Positions 49,942-60,520 of a stretch of DNA of 64,000 nucleotides are shown piece after piece (position 1 is the first letter of the stretch; every line of letters begins with the position of its first letter). The notes under the pieces were generated by a model that ran no database searches, had not been told where the DNA came from, and saw only the letters and a program-made list of their open reading frames with translations. Source of the stretch: an uncultured delta proteobacterium (GTDB taxonomy: Bacteria > Desulfobacterota > Desulfobacteria > Desulfobacterales > JAFDCJ01). The translations under genes were made by a program, and so were the position numbers. The DNA is taken from the NCBI GenBank assembly GCA_963769935.1, contig CAVYNY010000032.1, positions 32,001 through 96,000 on the forward strand, written 5' to 3'.

Positions 49942-51171
49942 TTAATCCATGATCAGGCAGTCGGCGACCAGCTCCCAGAGGTATTTGACCTGCAGGCCTT
50001 CAAAATCATAGTGACTTTTGATATTTTCCAGCTGGCCGTGGCAGCTGTGGCACGGTACCACCACCATGGAAGCACCGGTAGCTTTGATTTGTTCCATTTT
50101 CCGGCGGCCATAATAAATTCGTTCTTCGTTGTAGCCGGTCGTCAGGGCACCGCCGCCGCCGCCGCAGCAAATCTGGAGTTGTTTGGATGGATACATATCG
50201 ACCCAATTTTCCAGGCACTGGCTCATAATCCAGCGGGGCTCCTCATAGTACCCATGGCCGAACAACTTTTCCGCCTTACGGCAGTAGTTGCAGGGATCGT
50301 GATAGGTCGCCAGAACATCATAACGGCCTTTATCGATTCGGATGCGTCCCTGTTTGATGTAGTCAATCAATAGATCAAACACGGTGAACACACCGATTTT
50401 TTGCAATAAGTGGGGGTGATATTTTTCCAGACCAGACCTGGTCGCAAGGTACGCGTGACCTCATTCCGGCCACATCAGGTTCCGGATCTCCAGCGTTTCC
50501 AGCTGGTGAGCGATGCGGTCGACCATGACTTTCATGGCCGCATCGTCGCCGGTGAATAAACCCCAGTTGACGCCTTCCCAGGCGTCGGATGCAACGGTCC
50601 AGTCTTCACCGGCCGCGAAAAAAATTTTCCACCAGTGTTTTAAATCTTCGGTGTGGGTGTTGACCAGCTTATTGTGGATGGTGGTCATCAGGTTGGCACC
50701 CTTTTTGTCAAGCGGCACCTGAAACCCCTCGAAACCGGGTTCTTCGCTGATTTCCGCCGCCACATCCTCCAAAATGAAGATAAAATCCTCTTTGGGAACT
50801 CCCAGGTTGTTGCCCGTCTTCATGGCGGCGGCCACCCCCTTGTGCAGAATTCCCGGCACCTGATCCCGGTCTCTGAGAGAGCGGATACCCCGCATGACGT
50901 TGGGGATGTCGATCTGCATCGGGCAGAGATATTCACATCTGGCGCACATGGTGCATATCCATGGCCAGCGGGATGCCACCAGCTCCTCTTCGAGTCCCAG
51001 CGTGACCATGCGGATAATTTTGCGTGGATCGAAGCCGTCAATTCCGCTCACCGGACAGACGCTGGCGCACAGCCCGCAGGTCTGGCAGACTTCCTGGGCA
51101 TAGGTCCAGGATTTGAATCGATTCCGCGGCAAGTCGCGGATATCGATGATGTTTTTGGTCTCATTGGTCAT
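49942..51171 (-). CDS. HdrD/GlpC-like Fe-S oxidoreductase, selenocysteine-containing (409 aa, U237)
   Basis: Two CxxCxxCxxxCP motifs; in-frame TGA at 50461-50463 in PE*GHAY reads through into YHDPCNY...CCGGGGG...PCHSC. Confidence 0.88.
50430..50443 (-). promoter_or_regulatory. SECIS-like hairpin
   Basis: GACCA-GGUC-UGGUC begins 18 nt after the UGA. Confidence 0.75.
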
Positions 51172-52771
51172 AGTTGCCTCTTTGTGAATCGGTTTTCAAT
51201 TGGAGCAGGTTCTGCTCGAAGCGCTGCACCGTATCGGCAAACTCGCGGGCCATATTCGCGGCCAGCGTGAAACCCTGCAGCCGACTCGGATTTTCTCCCA
51301 TTTGGCCGAGCTGTTCACAAATCAGCGCGATCCGCTGCCGGACAAGAATATTGCCCCGTTCGGAGTGGCAGTAGTCCGGGTGGCAGCTCAATACCAGGAC
51401 CCCGGCCGCACCGCCGGTCAAGGCCGCCAGGATGTGGCGTACGGACAGGGCGCCGGCACAGGGCACCTCGATCACTTTGAGGCCGGCCGGCAGTTTCAGA
51501 TTCAGGCCCTCGGCCAGTTCAGCGGCCCGGGCGGCCGAACGGCTGCAGCAAAAGGCCGGGAACCAGAAATCAGCGGTCGCCGCCGGCGCGGTGAATCGGC
51601 CGAGTTGATGCTCGAAGGGATGGCCGGATTCACCCAGCGTAATGGCGCCGCGTGGACATTCAGCGGCACAGATGCCGCACCCCTCGCACGCTTCCGGGGC
51701 GACCGTGATGCGGTCGGCCTTGTGAACCGACCGGTAAGGACAAAGGCGATAGCAGGTCAAGCATCGTATACACTTGCCGGATTGAATTCTGGCTGTGATC
51801 GGTGCTGTCTCCGGACCGTGGGTCAGGCCCAGAACAGCGGTCGCCGCCGCGGCGGCATCAGCCATGGCTTCATCGGGAAGCAGGACGGCGCGCGCCGGGC
51901 CGCCGGCCAGTATCCCGCGGCGATTGGTAAAAACCGGCCAGCGATGCACGTTTTCGGTCTGCAAAAAGCCGGCGTCGTCGGTGTCAATATCCAGAATACG
52001 GCTGAGGCGCTGAAGTTCTTCCGAAGGTACGACCGTCTCGTCTACCACCGTCATGTCCGAATGCAATCGGATCGTCAGGCCGCTGGCTTCGTCGGTAAAA
52101 AGAATCGTGACCTGTCCGTCTTCCGTCTGGTCGATCTGAGGCCGGGTGGCGCTGAATTTGACAAACAGCACGCCGGCTTCCTTGGCCCGGTGATAAAGCG
52201 CTTCCAGACCCTCACCGGCAACCTTCAAATTGGCGGTCAACACATAGGTGCGCATGTCCGGCAGGTTCTGCAATTCGAGGGCCGTCCGCATGATCTCCTC
52301 GGCGATCACAGGCGTGCTTTCCTGCGCCAGGCCGTTGAGGAATACGACCGTCCGGCCGTCCAGGGTCGCGGATTTCGGGCCCGGGACGTCCGTCAGCCGG
52401 CGCCGAAAATCCGACAGGGATTGGACGGAAGCTGAAGCTTTCAAACCGAACGCCGCGTGGTTTGTCAGGCGTCGGGCGGCTTCGGCAACGATGATGCTGC
52501 CGACGTCATAGAGCACCTGATGGCCATTGGACGAGAGAACCACTTTGAAGGCGCCGGCAAATCCTTCGCAGCGCGCCAGACGGGCGGCAGACAGGACCTC
52601 GATCCCGGCCGCGCCGGTCGAACTCCGAACATCTGAAGCCGAAGCCGAACCGGAGACCGCCGGACGGCTGTCGGTCATGATTACCGCCACCCCGGCGGCG
52701 GCCAGGTGACGGGCCACCTGGAGGGCATATTCGCCGTTTCCGATAACAAGGGTTTTTTTCAAATGGGTCAT
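51161..52771 (-). CDS. HdrA-like domain + ferredoxin + MvhD fusion (QmoB-like architecture)
   Basis: Degenerate FAD motif VIGNG; CIRCLTC...CP; CEGCGIC...CP; MvhD motifs FCC, VPCAG, CH..CHSERGN. Confidence 0.85.
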   Translation of the reverse strand: MTHLKKTLVIGNGEYALQVARHLAAAGVAVIMTDSRPAVSGSASASDVRSSTGAAGIEVLSAARLARCEGFAGAFKVVLSSNGHQVLYDVGSIIVAEAARRLTNHAAFGLKASASVQSLSDFRRRLTDVPGPKSATLDGRTVVFLNGLAQESTPVIAEEIMRTALELQNLPDMRTYVLTANLKVAGEGLEALYHRAKEAGVLFVKFSATRPQIDQTEDGQVTILFTDEASGLTIRLHSDMTVVDETVVPSEELQRLSRILDIDTDDAGFLQTENVHRWPVFTNRRGILAGGPARAVLLPDEAMADAAAAATAVLGLTHGPETAPITARIQSGKCIRCLTCYRLCPYRSVHKADRITVAPEACEGCGICAAECPRGAITLGESGHPFEHQLGRFTAPAATADFWFPAFCCSRSAARAAELAEGLNLKLPAGLKVIEVPCAGALSVRHILAALTGGAAGVLVLSCHPDYCHSERGNILVRQRIALICEQLGQMGENPSRLQGFTLAANMAREFADTVQRFEQNLLQLKTDSQRGNYDQ

Positions 52772-52776
52772 ATTAA

Positions 52777-53856
52777 TTAGACACCCCCCGGCGTCGTGCG
52801 GTTCGTTAGCACCGGTTGCATACTTTCAGGGAAACAGGCCTGGCGGATATACCCGGCCGCATGCAGCGCAGCCTGTCCCGCGCTGGCAATGGATTCGGCA
52901 ATGCTCATGGGACCGCAAACGGTGCCGGCACAGAACACGCCCGGACCCGGCGATATCGGCCAGAAGCCGCTTGGCTCCGGCGTGAGTTGAAACTGACGGG
53001 CGAGCGGCAGATTTTCCGCAGCGGGCGTGATACCAACCGACAGTACCATAAGGTCAAATAAGTCCTCCTTGCCCTGTCGGTCGCCGGGATCGAAATAGGC
53101 AACCCGCAGACGGTCGTTCTCAGCCGGGAAAACATCTCCCGGCAAGGTTCTCACCAGGGTGAAATCTTCCTTGATGCGCGAGAAAACGTCCTGGAAATCT
53201 TTGCCGAACGTCTGGATGTCAATATAAAAAAACGTGATGTCGACCTGAGGGCAGCGGGTTTTGATGAGTCGCGCCAGGCGCAGGGCGGATGCGCAGCAGA
53301 CCTTCGAACACCATAGGTGCCCGAGCTGCCGGTCCCGGCTGCCCACGCACTGCACGAAGGCGATGCGATCAGGGGTGCGGTGGTCGGAGGGCCTCAGCGG
53401 TATGCTCTGATCCCGGAGCATCCTTTCGAGTTCAAGGTTGGTTAAAACGTTGGCTAAGCGACCATAGCCATACGGTTTAGGCCGCGGGTCAAAGGGCTGA
53501 AAACCGCAGGCCAGGATGACCGCATCCGCTTCGCGGGCAAGATCTTCGCACTTGCCGGAATATTCCTGCCGGATTGCCAACCGAAACCGGCCGCTGTGTT
53601 CAACTGCAGTGATCCGGCTGCCGGTCATTACCTCCACGGCCGGGTTCGCGAGAACAGAGCGGCCTGCTTCAACCACCAGACAGGCGCCGCATTTGACGCA
53701 GGCCTCGGTTGCTTTGCAGGCATAGCCGCCGGCGTGTCCACCGATGACGCTTTGGTTCTCGACAAGAATGGAACCAATTTGCATATCCGCCAACCGGTTG
53801 GCAGCAGTCAAACCGGCGATGCCGCCGCCGATAATTAAAACATTTTGCTCGAACAT
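52777..53856 (-). CDS. HdrA-like flavoprotein (QmoA-like size)
   Basis: IGGGIAG, YGYG...NV.T.LELER, FVQCVGSRD...CSKVCC, FYIDIQ, LSVG. Confidence 0.88.
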   Translation of the reverse strand: MFEQNVLIIGGGIAGLTAANRLADMQIGSILVENQSVIGGHAGGYACKATEACVKCGACLVVEAGRSVLANPAVEVMTGSRITAVEHSGRFRLAIRQEYSGKCEDLAREADAVILACGFQPFDPRPKPYGYGRLANVLTNLELERMLRDQSIPLRPSDHRTPDRIAFVQCVGSRDRQLGHLWCSKVCCASALRLARLIKTRCPQVDITFFYIDIQTFGKDFQDVFSRIKEDFTLVRTLPGDVFPAENDRLRVAYFDPGDRQGKEDLFDLMVLSVGITPAAENLPLARQFQLTPEPSGFWPISPGPGVFCAGTVCGPMSIAESIASAGQAALHAAGYIRQACFPESMQPVLTNRTTPGGV

Positions 53857-54067
53857 AATCCTTTTGCTCGGTAGAGGCTGTTTAAACGCGGCCTGGAATG
53901 GGCATTAAGGCGATGTCTTGTGATATAAAGCCGCATTGCCCGCAACCCGGGAGGCCGCGACAGGGAAAATGAGCCACAAGCTGATTCTTATACAGGTTTT
54001 AAGAGCATTTGGCAACCCCGAACACGAAGCAGGCGCAAATTGGAGCATCCGGTGCATGCTGTTTTAT

Positions 54068-54230
54068 GGAGTTAAAATACATTATCCACCTTATTGACAA
54101 ATATGATGAGCAGACCAATTCCTATGACTAAATTCGGAAAAATATTACCACCTCAAAATTTCCGGGTATCCAACAGCCAAAAACCTCTTTAAACTGAGGC
54201 AGGCGGTCATCGAAGCTGTAATCGGCGAAG
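54068..54230 (+). repeat. Duplicated promoter/leader, copy 1
   Basis: 29-bp identical core AAAATACATTATCCACCTTATTGACAAAT (54074-54102 = 60219-60247), plus a second conserved block. Confidence 0.8.
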
Positions 54231-54291
54231 TTCTCAAACCAAATAAGCCACTCATTCGAAAAACCCTGCCCATTAAGAAGGAGATAAAATC

Positions 54292-55116
54292 ATGAGCACT
54301 ATTACGACCCAAGACGGGACGCAGATCTATTACAAAGACTGGGGCCAAGGTCAGCCCATTGTGTTTAGCCACGGCTGGCCGCTGTCGGCCGATGATTGGG
54401 ATATCCAGATGCTGTTCTTCCTCAAGCACGGTTATCGCGTCATAGCCCACGACCGGCGGGGACATGGCCGTTCCTCTCAGACCGGTGGCGGCCATGACAT
54501 GGACCATTATGCCGACGACCTGGCGGCGGTGACCGCTCATCTCGACCTCAAGAAAGCGGTGCATGTCGGCCACTCGACCGGTGGCGGCGAAGTGGTGCGC
54601 TACATAGCGCGCCACGGCGAAAGCCGGGTGGCAAAAGCGGTGCTCATCAGCGCGGTGCCGCCGTTGATGGTGAAAACGTCGGCCAATCCGGGCGGGCAGC
54701 CCAAAGAGGTGTTTGACGGGTTGCAGGCGCAGCTCGCCGCCAACCGAGCCCAGTTCTATTACGATCTGCCGGCTGGACCGTTTTACGGTTACAACCGGCC
54801 CGGTGCGAAACCCTCTCAGGGGGTGATCGGGAATTGGTGGCGCCAGGGCATGATGGGAGGCGCCAAGGCGCACTATGACGGCATCGTCGCTTTCTCCCAG
54901 ACGGACTTCACCGAAGATCTGAAGAAGATCACGGTGCCGGTCCTAGTGCTGCATGGCGACGACGACCAGATCGTGCCTTATGCCGATTCTGCGCCGCTGT
55001 CGGCAAAGTTGCTGCGGAATAGCACATTGAAAACCTACAAGGGCTTTCCGCACGGCATGCCCACGACTGAGGCCGACACGATTAACGCCGACCTCCTGGT
55101 TTTTATCAAAGAGTGA
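54292..55116 (+). CDS. Non-heme chloroperoxidase/arylesterase-like alpha/beta hydrolase
   Basis: [45 protein letters not shown]. Confidence 0.92.
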   Translation: MSTITTQDGTQIYYKDWGQGQPIVFSHGWPLSADDWDIQMLFFLKHGYRVIAHDRRGHGRSSQTGGGHDMDHYADDLAAVTAHLDLKKAVHVGHSTGGGEVVRYIARHGESRVAKAVLISAVPPLMVKTSANPGGQPKEVFDGLQAQLAANRAQFYYDLPAGPFYGYNRPGAKPSQGVIGNWWRQGMMGGAKAHYDGIVAFSQTDFTEDLKKITVPVLVLHGDDDQIVPYADSAPLSAKLLRNSTLKTYKGFPHGMPTTEADTINADLLVFIKE

Positions 55117-55140
55117 GCCGTCAAGTAAAAACAGCACTAA

Positions 55141-55296
55141 GGGCTCACTCAAAAATAACTTCACATTTTATACGCCGATGCATCTCTTACGGCTGCGTTG
55201 CGAAAGCTCGGAATATCCAGATATTCCTGCGTTTTCGCGCCTTGCCGGAAGAGCGCCTCAACACCTAAAACTGTGAATTAATTTTTTCGTGAACCC
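55141..55296. mobile_element. 156-bp MITE, copy 2 (TAA target-site duplication)
   Basis: Reverse complement of 2472-2627; TAA at 55138-55140 and 55297-55299. Confidence 0.85.
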
Positions 55297-55307
55297 TAAG
55301 GAGATCC

Positions 55308-56219
55308 ATGATGAAAGCACAGAGCAAAAATTCCGCAGGAGCGGCAACAACAGCCAAGGTGGCTTACAGGACCGTTATGATCGACGGCCTGGATATCTTC
55401 TACCGCGAGGCGGGGCCGAAAAACGCCCCCGTCGTGCTCCTGCTTCACGGCTTTCCGACCAGTTCACACATGTTCCGCAATTTGATCCCGGCGCTGGCCG
55501 ACGAGTTCCACCTGGTTGCACCGGACTACCCTGGCTATGGGAACAGCTCGATGCCGGCCGTGGAAGAATTCGCATACACCTTCGACCATTTGGCTGAAGT
55601 GATCGGCAACTTCATGGAGAAGGTCGGACTGAAGAAATACACATTATACGTTATGGACTACGGCGCGCCGGTCGGCTACCGTCTGGCAACCAAGCACCCC
55701 GACCGCGTCCAGGCCTTCGTGGTGCAGAACGGCAACGCCTACGATGAGGGCCTCGACAACGATTTCTGGAAACCGATCAAGGCTTACTGGCAGGAAAAGA
55801 CGGCGGAGCGCGAGAAGCCCCTGCGCGGTTTCTTCACCCGCGAGGCCACCATCTGGCAATACACCGACGGCGTCCGGGACAAGGAGGCGATCAGCCCCGA
55901 TACCTGGAATATCGATCAGCCGCTGCTCGACCGGCCGGGAAACGCCGAAATCCAACTCGCCCTTTTCCACAGTTACGGCAGCAATCCGCCGCTGTACCCG
56001 AGATGGCAGGCCTACTTCCGCGACTACCAGCCGCCGACCCTTATCGTCTGGGGCAAGAACGATAAGATATTTCCGGCAGCAGGCGCCGAGCCGTACAAGA
56101 GAGACCTGAAGAACCTGGAGTTTCACCTGCTCGACACCGGACACTTCGCCCTCGAGGAGGACGGCGACAAGATCGCCGACCTAATGCGTAACTTTCTCCG
56201 CAGAAACTTTAAAAGGTGA
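55308..56219 (+). CDS. Alpha/beta hydrolase (epoxide hydrolase/dehalogenase-like)
   Basis: [16 protein letters not shown], Asp nucleophile in DYGAP, TGHFALE. Confidence 0.9.
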   Translation: MMKAQSKNSAGAATTAKVAYRTVMIDGLDIFYREAGPKNAPVVLLLHGFPTSSHMFRNLIPALADEFHLVAPDYPGYGNSSMPAVEEFAYTFDHLAEVIGNFMEKVGLKKYTLYVMDYGAPVGYRLATKHPDRVQAFVVQNGNAYDEGLDNDFWKPIKAYWQEKTAEREKPLRGFFTREATIWQYTDGVRDKEAISPDTWNIDQPLLDRPGNAEIQLALFHSYGSNPPLYPRWQAYFRDYQPPTLIVWGKNDKIFPAAGAEPYKRDLKNLEFHLLDTGHFALEEDGDKIADLMRNFLRRNFKR

Positions 56220-56281
56220 ATCGGAGAAAGCCGGCCTGAAGATGAAGCCAACCAAGCTGATGATCTTCGGAAATCCCAAAG

Positions 56282-57001
56282 ATGAACGATCTGCTTGACA
56301 GTATTATCGATGCGCACGGGGGCATGGAACGCTGGAATAGATACGAAAAGGTCGACGCCACGATCGTGAGCGGCGGCGGCTTCTTTGCGCTCAAGGGCAT
56401 GCCCCAGGATTCAATCCCGCGTCGCATGACGGTGTGGCTGCACGAGGAACGCTCGTCTGTGTTGCCCTACGGTGCTCCCGATCAGCGCACGATGTTCACA
56501 CCTGATAGGATCGCGATCGAGAAACTCGACGGGACGCTTGTTGCGGAGCGGCACGCGCCCAAGGACTCGTTCGCCGGTCATCAGATGAGCACGCCATGGG
56601 ACCCGCTGCATCGTGCTTATTTTAACGGCGAAGCGCTGTGGACCTATCTCACCACGCCCTTTCTTCTTGCGCTGGACGGCGTCCGAGTCGAGGAGACCGA
56701 GTCGTGGCGGGAGGGCTCGGAGATGTGGCGCGTGTTGCGCGTATATTTCCCAGGTTCGATCGAGACGCATAGCCTCGTTCAAGATTTCTTCTTCGGTGAG
56801 GATCTGATGTTGCGCCGTCACGACTATAGCGTGAATATCGCGGGCGGTTTTGCAGCGGCGCAGCTGACCTCAGACTACGCGGTGGCGAACGGTATTCGCC
56901 TGCCGACTAAGCGCCGCGCCTATACTCGCGGACCGAATCGCCGGCCGATCCTGGAAATGCTGATGGTTTCCATCGACATCAGCGATGTGAAATTCACATA
57001 A
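56282..57001 (+). CDS. Conserved hypothetical protein
   Basis: 239-aa ORF in operon; AHGG.ERW, WD.LHRAYF.G.ALWTYLT.PF, RRHDY.V. Confidence 0.8.
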   Translation: MNDLLDSIIDAHGGMERWNRYEKVDATIVSGGGFFALKGMPQDSIPRRMTVWLHEERSSVLPYGAPDQRTMFTPDRIAIEKLDGTLVAERHAPKDSFAGHQMSTPWDPLHRAYFNGEALWTYLTTPFLLALDGVRVEETESWREGSEMWRVLRVYFPGSIETHSLVQDFFFGEDLMLRRHDYSVNIAGGFAAAQLTSDYAVANGIRLPTKRRAYTRGPNRRPILEMLMVSIDISDVKFT

Positions 57002-57150
57002 GGGATCTGAACACAAGAATGTCCGTCGTCGGACAGACAAGGACGCACAGGAGGAAACAGCCATGGCACATCTGCTCTATATTGAAGCATGTGAAGACCG
57101 GCGAAGAGAGAAGGCATCAGTTGTCGCATGCGCCGGGAAGGAGAGGGATT

Positions 57151-57627
57151 ATGTCCAATGACGGTCCTATTCTGGTCACAGGTGCTGGAGGTGGAGTAGG
57201 GGGAGTGGGCGGCACGGTTGTGGAGCGGCTGCGCAAGCAGGACTTACCGGTTCGTGCGCTCGTCCATCGCGAAGATAAACGTGCCGAAGCGCTGCGCGCC
57301 GCCGGGGCCGAGGTCGTTGTCGGCGACCTGACCTGTGGCGGGGATGTCGAGCGCGCCCTGGCGGGTTGCCGGCGCATGTATTTCGGCATGAGCGTGTCAG
57401 CGGCTTACCTGGAGGCGACAGTCATTGCCGCTGCTGCAGCTCGCGAGCACGGCGATTTGGAAGTGTTCGTCAACATCTCCCAAATGACCGTATCGCAAAT
57501 GAGCCTCACCCAAGATGTCGAGGCGATTACAGGAAGGCCGGCGACCGGCACCCATGACTTTGTTGTGCAGCACGCCGAGTTATTCAGGCCAAACAACCCG
57601 CCCCTGAGGGTCTTGGGGGCAATGTGA
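57151..57627 (+). pseudogene. NmrA-like NAD(P)H-binding protein with in-frame internal deletion
   Basis: ILVTGAGG.VG...SQMTVSQMSLT joined directly to the C-terminal QDVEAITGRPAT...FV..HAELF; only 158 aa. Confidence 0.65.
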
Positions 57628-57653
57628 GCCTGTTATCACTGAGAGAGGATAAG

Positions 57654-58676
57654 ATGAAAGCATACGTTTTGAGCGAAATGGGTAAAGGCGTCGGCGCCTG
57701 GAAGCAGGTGGAACGCCCCGACCCAGTTGCCGGTGCGGGAGAAGTGCTCGTTGGAGTTCGCGCTGCGTCGTTGAACTTCCGCGACTTGATGATTGCCGGC
57801 GGTTTCTACACCCGTCCAGTGAAGAAAGATGTCATCCCGCTTTCGGACGGCGCGGGGGAGGTGCTCGCTGTGGGCGAAGGTGTGACGCAGTTTAAAACCG
57901 GCGACCGCGTGATGGGCGCTTTCGCACCGAGTTGGAAAGACGGGCCGTGCCGGGCGGGCTACTTCGACCTCGCTCTGGGCGGAGGAATTGACGGGATGCT
58001 CGCCGAGAAAGTCGCGCTTCCCGCAGCAGGCGTAGTCAGAATTCCCGCGCATCTTTCCTGGGAAGAGGCAGCCACGCTGCCTTGCGCCGCAGTGACTGCG
58101 TGGAACGCCCTGATGGAAAATCAGCGTCCGCTAAAGCCCGGCTCTACAGTGCTGGTACTGGGCAGCGGCGGCGTGTCGGTCTTCGCGATGCAATTCGCGA
58201 AAGCGGCGGGCATGTGCGTCATCGGAACTTCGAGCAGTGACGTAAAGCTTGACCGCCTGCGCAAAATCGGCCTCGATCATGGCATCAACTACAGGAAAAC
58301 TCCTGAGTGGCAGGCTGAGGTGAAAAAAATCACCGGCGGTGAAGGAGTTGATCAGGTAATTGAAGTTGCCGGTTCGACTTTGCCGCGCTCGCTTAAAGCG
58401 GTCAAATACGGCGGCGTCATCAGTGTCATCGGAGCGGTGGCCGGCGGATTCGATCAACCGATCGACTTGCTATCCATTTTCATGTCGGGGGCCCGCGTGC
58501 AGCCGGTTTTTGTCGGTTCGGTGGCGATGTTTGAGGCGATGAACCGCGCAATCGAAGCGAATCAAATCCATCCGATGATTGGCGAAGTGTTCCCGTTCGA
58601 CCGCGCGCAAGAGGCTCTGGCGAAACTCAAAAGCGGCGCGCAATTCGGGAAAATCGTTATAGCGAGCCGGGGCTGA
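57654..58676 (+). CDS. MDR-family NAD(P)-dependent alcohol dehydrogenase-like protein
   Basis: ASLNFRD, IPLSDGAGEV, AATLPCAAVTAWNAL, LGSGGVS, FGKIVI. Confidence 0.9.
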   Translation: MKAYVLSEMGKGVGAWKQVERPDPVAGAGEVLVGVRAASLNFRDLMIAGGFYTRPVKKDVIPLSDGAGEVLAVGEGVTQFKTGDRVMGAFAPSWKDGPCRAGYFDLALGGGIDGMLAEKVALPAAGVVRIPAHLSWEEAATLPCAAVTAWNALMENQRPLKPGSTVLVLGSGGVSVFAMQFAKAAGMCVIGTSSSDVKLDRLRKIGLDHGINYRKTPEWQAEVKKITGGEGVDQVIEVAGSTLPRSLKAVKYGGVISVIGAVAGGFDQPIDLLSIFMSGARVQPVFVGSVAMFEAMNRAIEANQIHPMIGEVFPFDRAQEALAKLKSGAQFGKIVIASRG

Positions 58677-58776
58677 TTAATTCTCACAGGCATCCAAAGG
58701 ATGCGCTAGAGTATTAGCGCTTCCCTCTTGTTGGAGAGAGTTCGTTGCAAGTTAGAATCCATTGAGGAGGTGTAGC

Positions 58777-59136
58777 ATGGCAAATCCATTTGTTCACATT
58801 GAATTGCATACCAAAGACGTGAAGAAGTCAAAGAATTTCTACACGAGCATGTTCGGCTGGAAAATGGAAGAAGTTTCAGGAATGGACTACACGATCATCA
58901 ACGTCGGCGAAGGCACAGGCGGAGGAATGATGCAGAACCCTATGCCTGGTGATCCTGACAACTGGCTTCCGTACATCCAAGTAGAGGATGTGGCGGCATC
59001 AACAAAGAAGGCGAAGTCGCTCGGAGCTACGATTGTTAAGGAAGTCACAGAGGTTCCCGACATGGGATGGCTCAGCGTCATTGTAGACCCGACCGGCGCG
59101 GCTTTTGGGCTCTGGGAGCCGAAAATGACCAATTGA
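58777..59136 (+). CDS. VOC/glyoxalase family protein
   Basis: NPFVHIEL, FY..MFGW, WLPYIQVEDV, DPTGAAFGLW. Confidence 0.9.
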   Translation: MANPFVHIELHTKDVKKSKNFYTSMFGWKMEEVSGMDYTIINVGEGTGGGMMQNPMPGDPDNWLPYIQVEDVAASTKKAKSLGATIVKEVTEVPDMGWLSVIVDPTGAAFGLWEPKMTN

Positions 59137-59330
59137 CGTGGGCTCGTCCCTTTATAGCTCGACCTCGAATCGCGCTCTTTGCCCCAATCGGTGAGGGAAT
59201 TTTTTCGGCCCCGCCCGTAGAAACGGTTTCGCTCGATGAGGCGATTGCCGCCTACCGAGCGATTGTTGAAGGAAGCTCCGGGAAAAGGTTCGTTATCCGC
59301 TTTGGGGAGGCAGGTCGGCGCAAGCGCGAA
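59137..59330 (+). pseudogene. Possible C-terminal remnant of an MDR oxidoreductase
   Basis: PPVETVSLDEAIAAYRAIVEGSSGKRFVIRF with no N-terminal part. Confidence 0.35.
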
Positions 59331-59598
59331 CCGTGCGCAGAAAGAGCAGAGCGAATTCCGCGGCCGCCGGTGACACTCGCCTTTTACCCGGCCGGGTGAA
59401 GTTGCGTTTGCGGCGATCAGGTGTTGCTTTGCAACGAGATCCTAACGGAACTCCAGGATCTTGGTGCTTCACTCATGGGTATTTCGCTCATTGGCGGGGT
59501 CTGAAGGCAAAGAGCTTCTCAGCAGCCATGGCGGGTAAGTTTGTCGAGGTCGCTTGAGTCGTCTCATCATGGAAAAATAAAAAAGGAGCAAGAGCCGC

Positions 59599-60160
59599 AT
59601 GAACCATGGACTAGAAAATTAACGGGCGCTGGTAGCCGGCGGCAGCCGTGGCATTGGGGCTGCGATTGTCAAGCGTCTGGCTTGCGAAGGTGCCCACGTC
59701 GCGCTGACCTATGTCAGCAATACAGCTCGGGCTAACGAAACGGTGAAGGCAGCGCCGGAGTCGGGGGTTAAGGCGTTGGCAATCCAGGCCGACAATGCCG
59801 CTGCCGGGGCGGTGGTTGCGGCCATAGAGCAAACGGTACGGGAACTGGGCGGGATCGATATCCTGGTCAACAACGCCGGCATCGCCGTCATGGCGCCCGT
59901 CGATGACTATCGCCTCGAAGACCTGGATCGCACCCTATCGGTGAACGTGCGCGCGGTTTTTGTCGCCACGCAGGCCGCCGTGAAGCACATGCGGGCAGGC
60001 GCATCATCAACATCGGGAGTTGCAATGCCGTTCGCATGCCGTTCGCGGGGGGTGCGGTCTACGCCATGAGCAAGGCCGCTCTCGTAGGACTGGTCAAGGG
60101 ACCGGCGCGCGACCCCGGACCGCGCGGCATCACGATCAACAATGTGCAATCCGGTCCGGA
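59599..60160 (+). pseudogene. SDR oxidoreductase pseudogene
   Basis: ATG 59599; premature TAA at 59620 before RALVAGGSRGIG; NNAG; frameshift near 59995 to YAMSK; truncated after NNVQSGP. Confidence 0.8.
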
Positions 60161-60212
60161 TTTTTCCGGCTTCCACTGGTGTTCGGAAAACCACGCTCCT
60201 TAAAACTAAAAA

Positions 60213-60382
60213 GGAGTGAAAATACATTATCCACCTTATTGACAAATGTGGTGAATAGACCAAACCCTACGCACAAATATGGTTATATTGTGCTCCTTTA
60301 AAATAAACCGTATCGAATAGTCAAAAATAGCGGTGACGAGGTAAACAGTCGCAGGCGATCATTGAAGCTGTGATTGGTGAAG
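60213..60382 (+). repeat. Duplicated promoter/leader, copy 2
   Basis: See 54068-54230. Confidence 0.8.
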
Positions 60383-60406
60383 GTTTACGAAGGAGCGCCG
60401 CACGAA

Positions 60407-60466
60407 ATGAGCAAGACCCTCAAGAACCACATCAATGAGGATCTGCTTGCCTTCTTCAAGGGATAG
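60407..60466 (+). pseudogene. Collapsed remnant of a second chloroperoxidase-like gene
   Basis: AAGGAG RBS; MSKTLKNHINEDLLAFFKG* resembles the terminus [11 protein letters not shown] of 54292..55116. Confidence 0.55.
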
Positions 60467-60520
60467 GCGACTCGATCAAGTGTTGGAGCAACGGGAGAAT
60501 CAACACTCAGAAGGTGTGCT

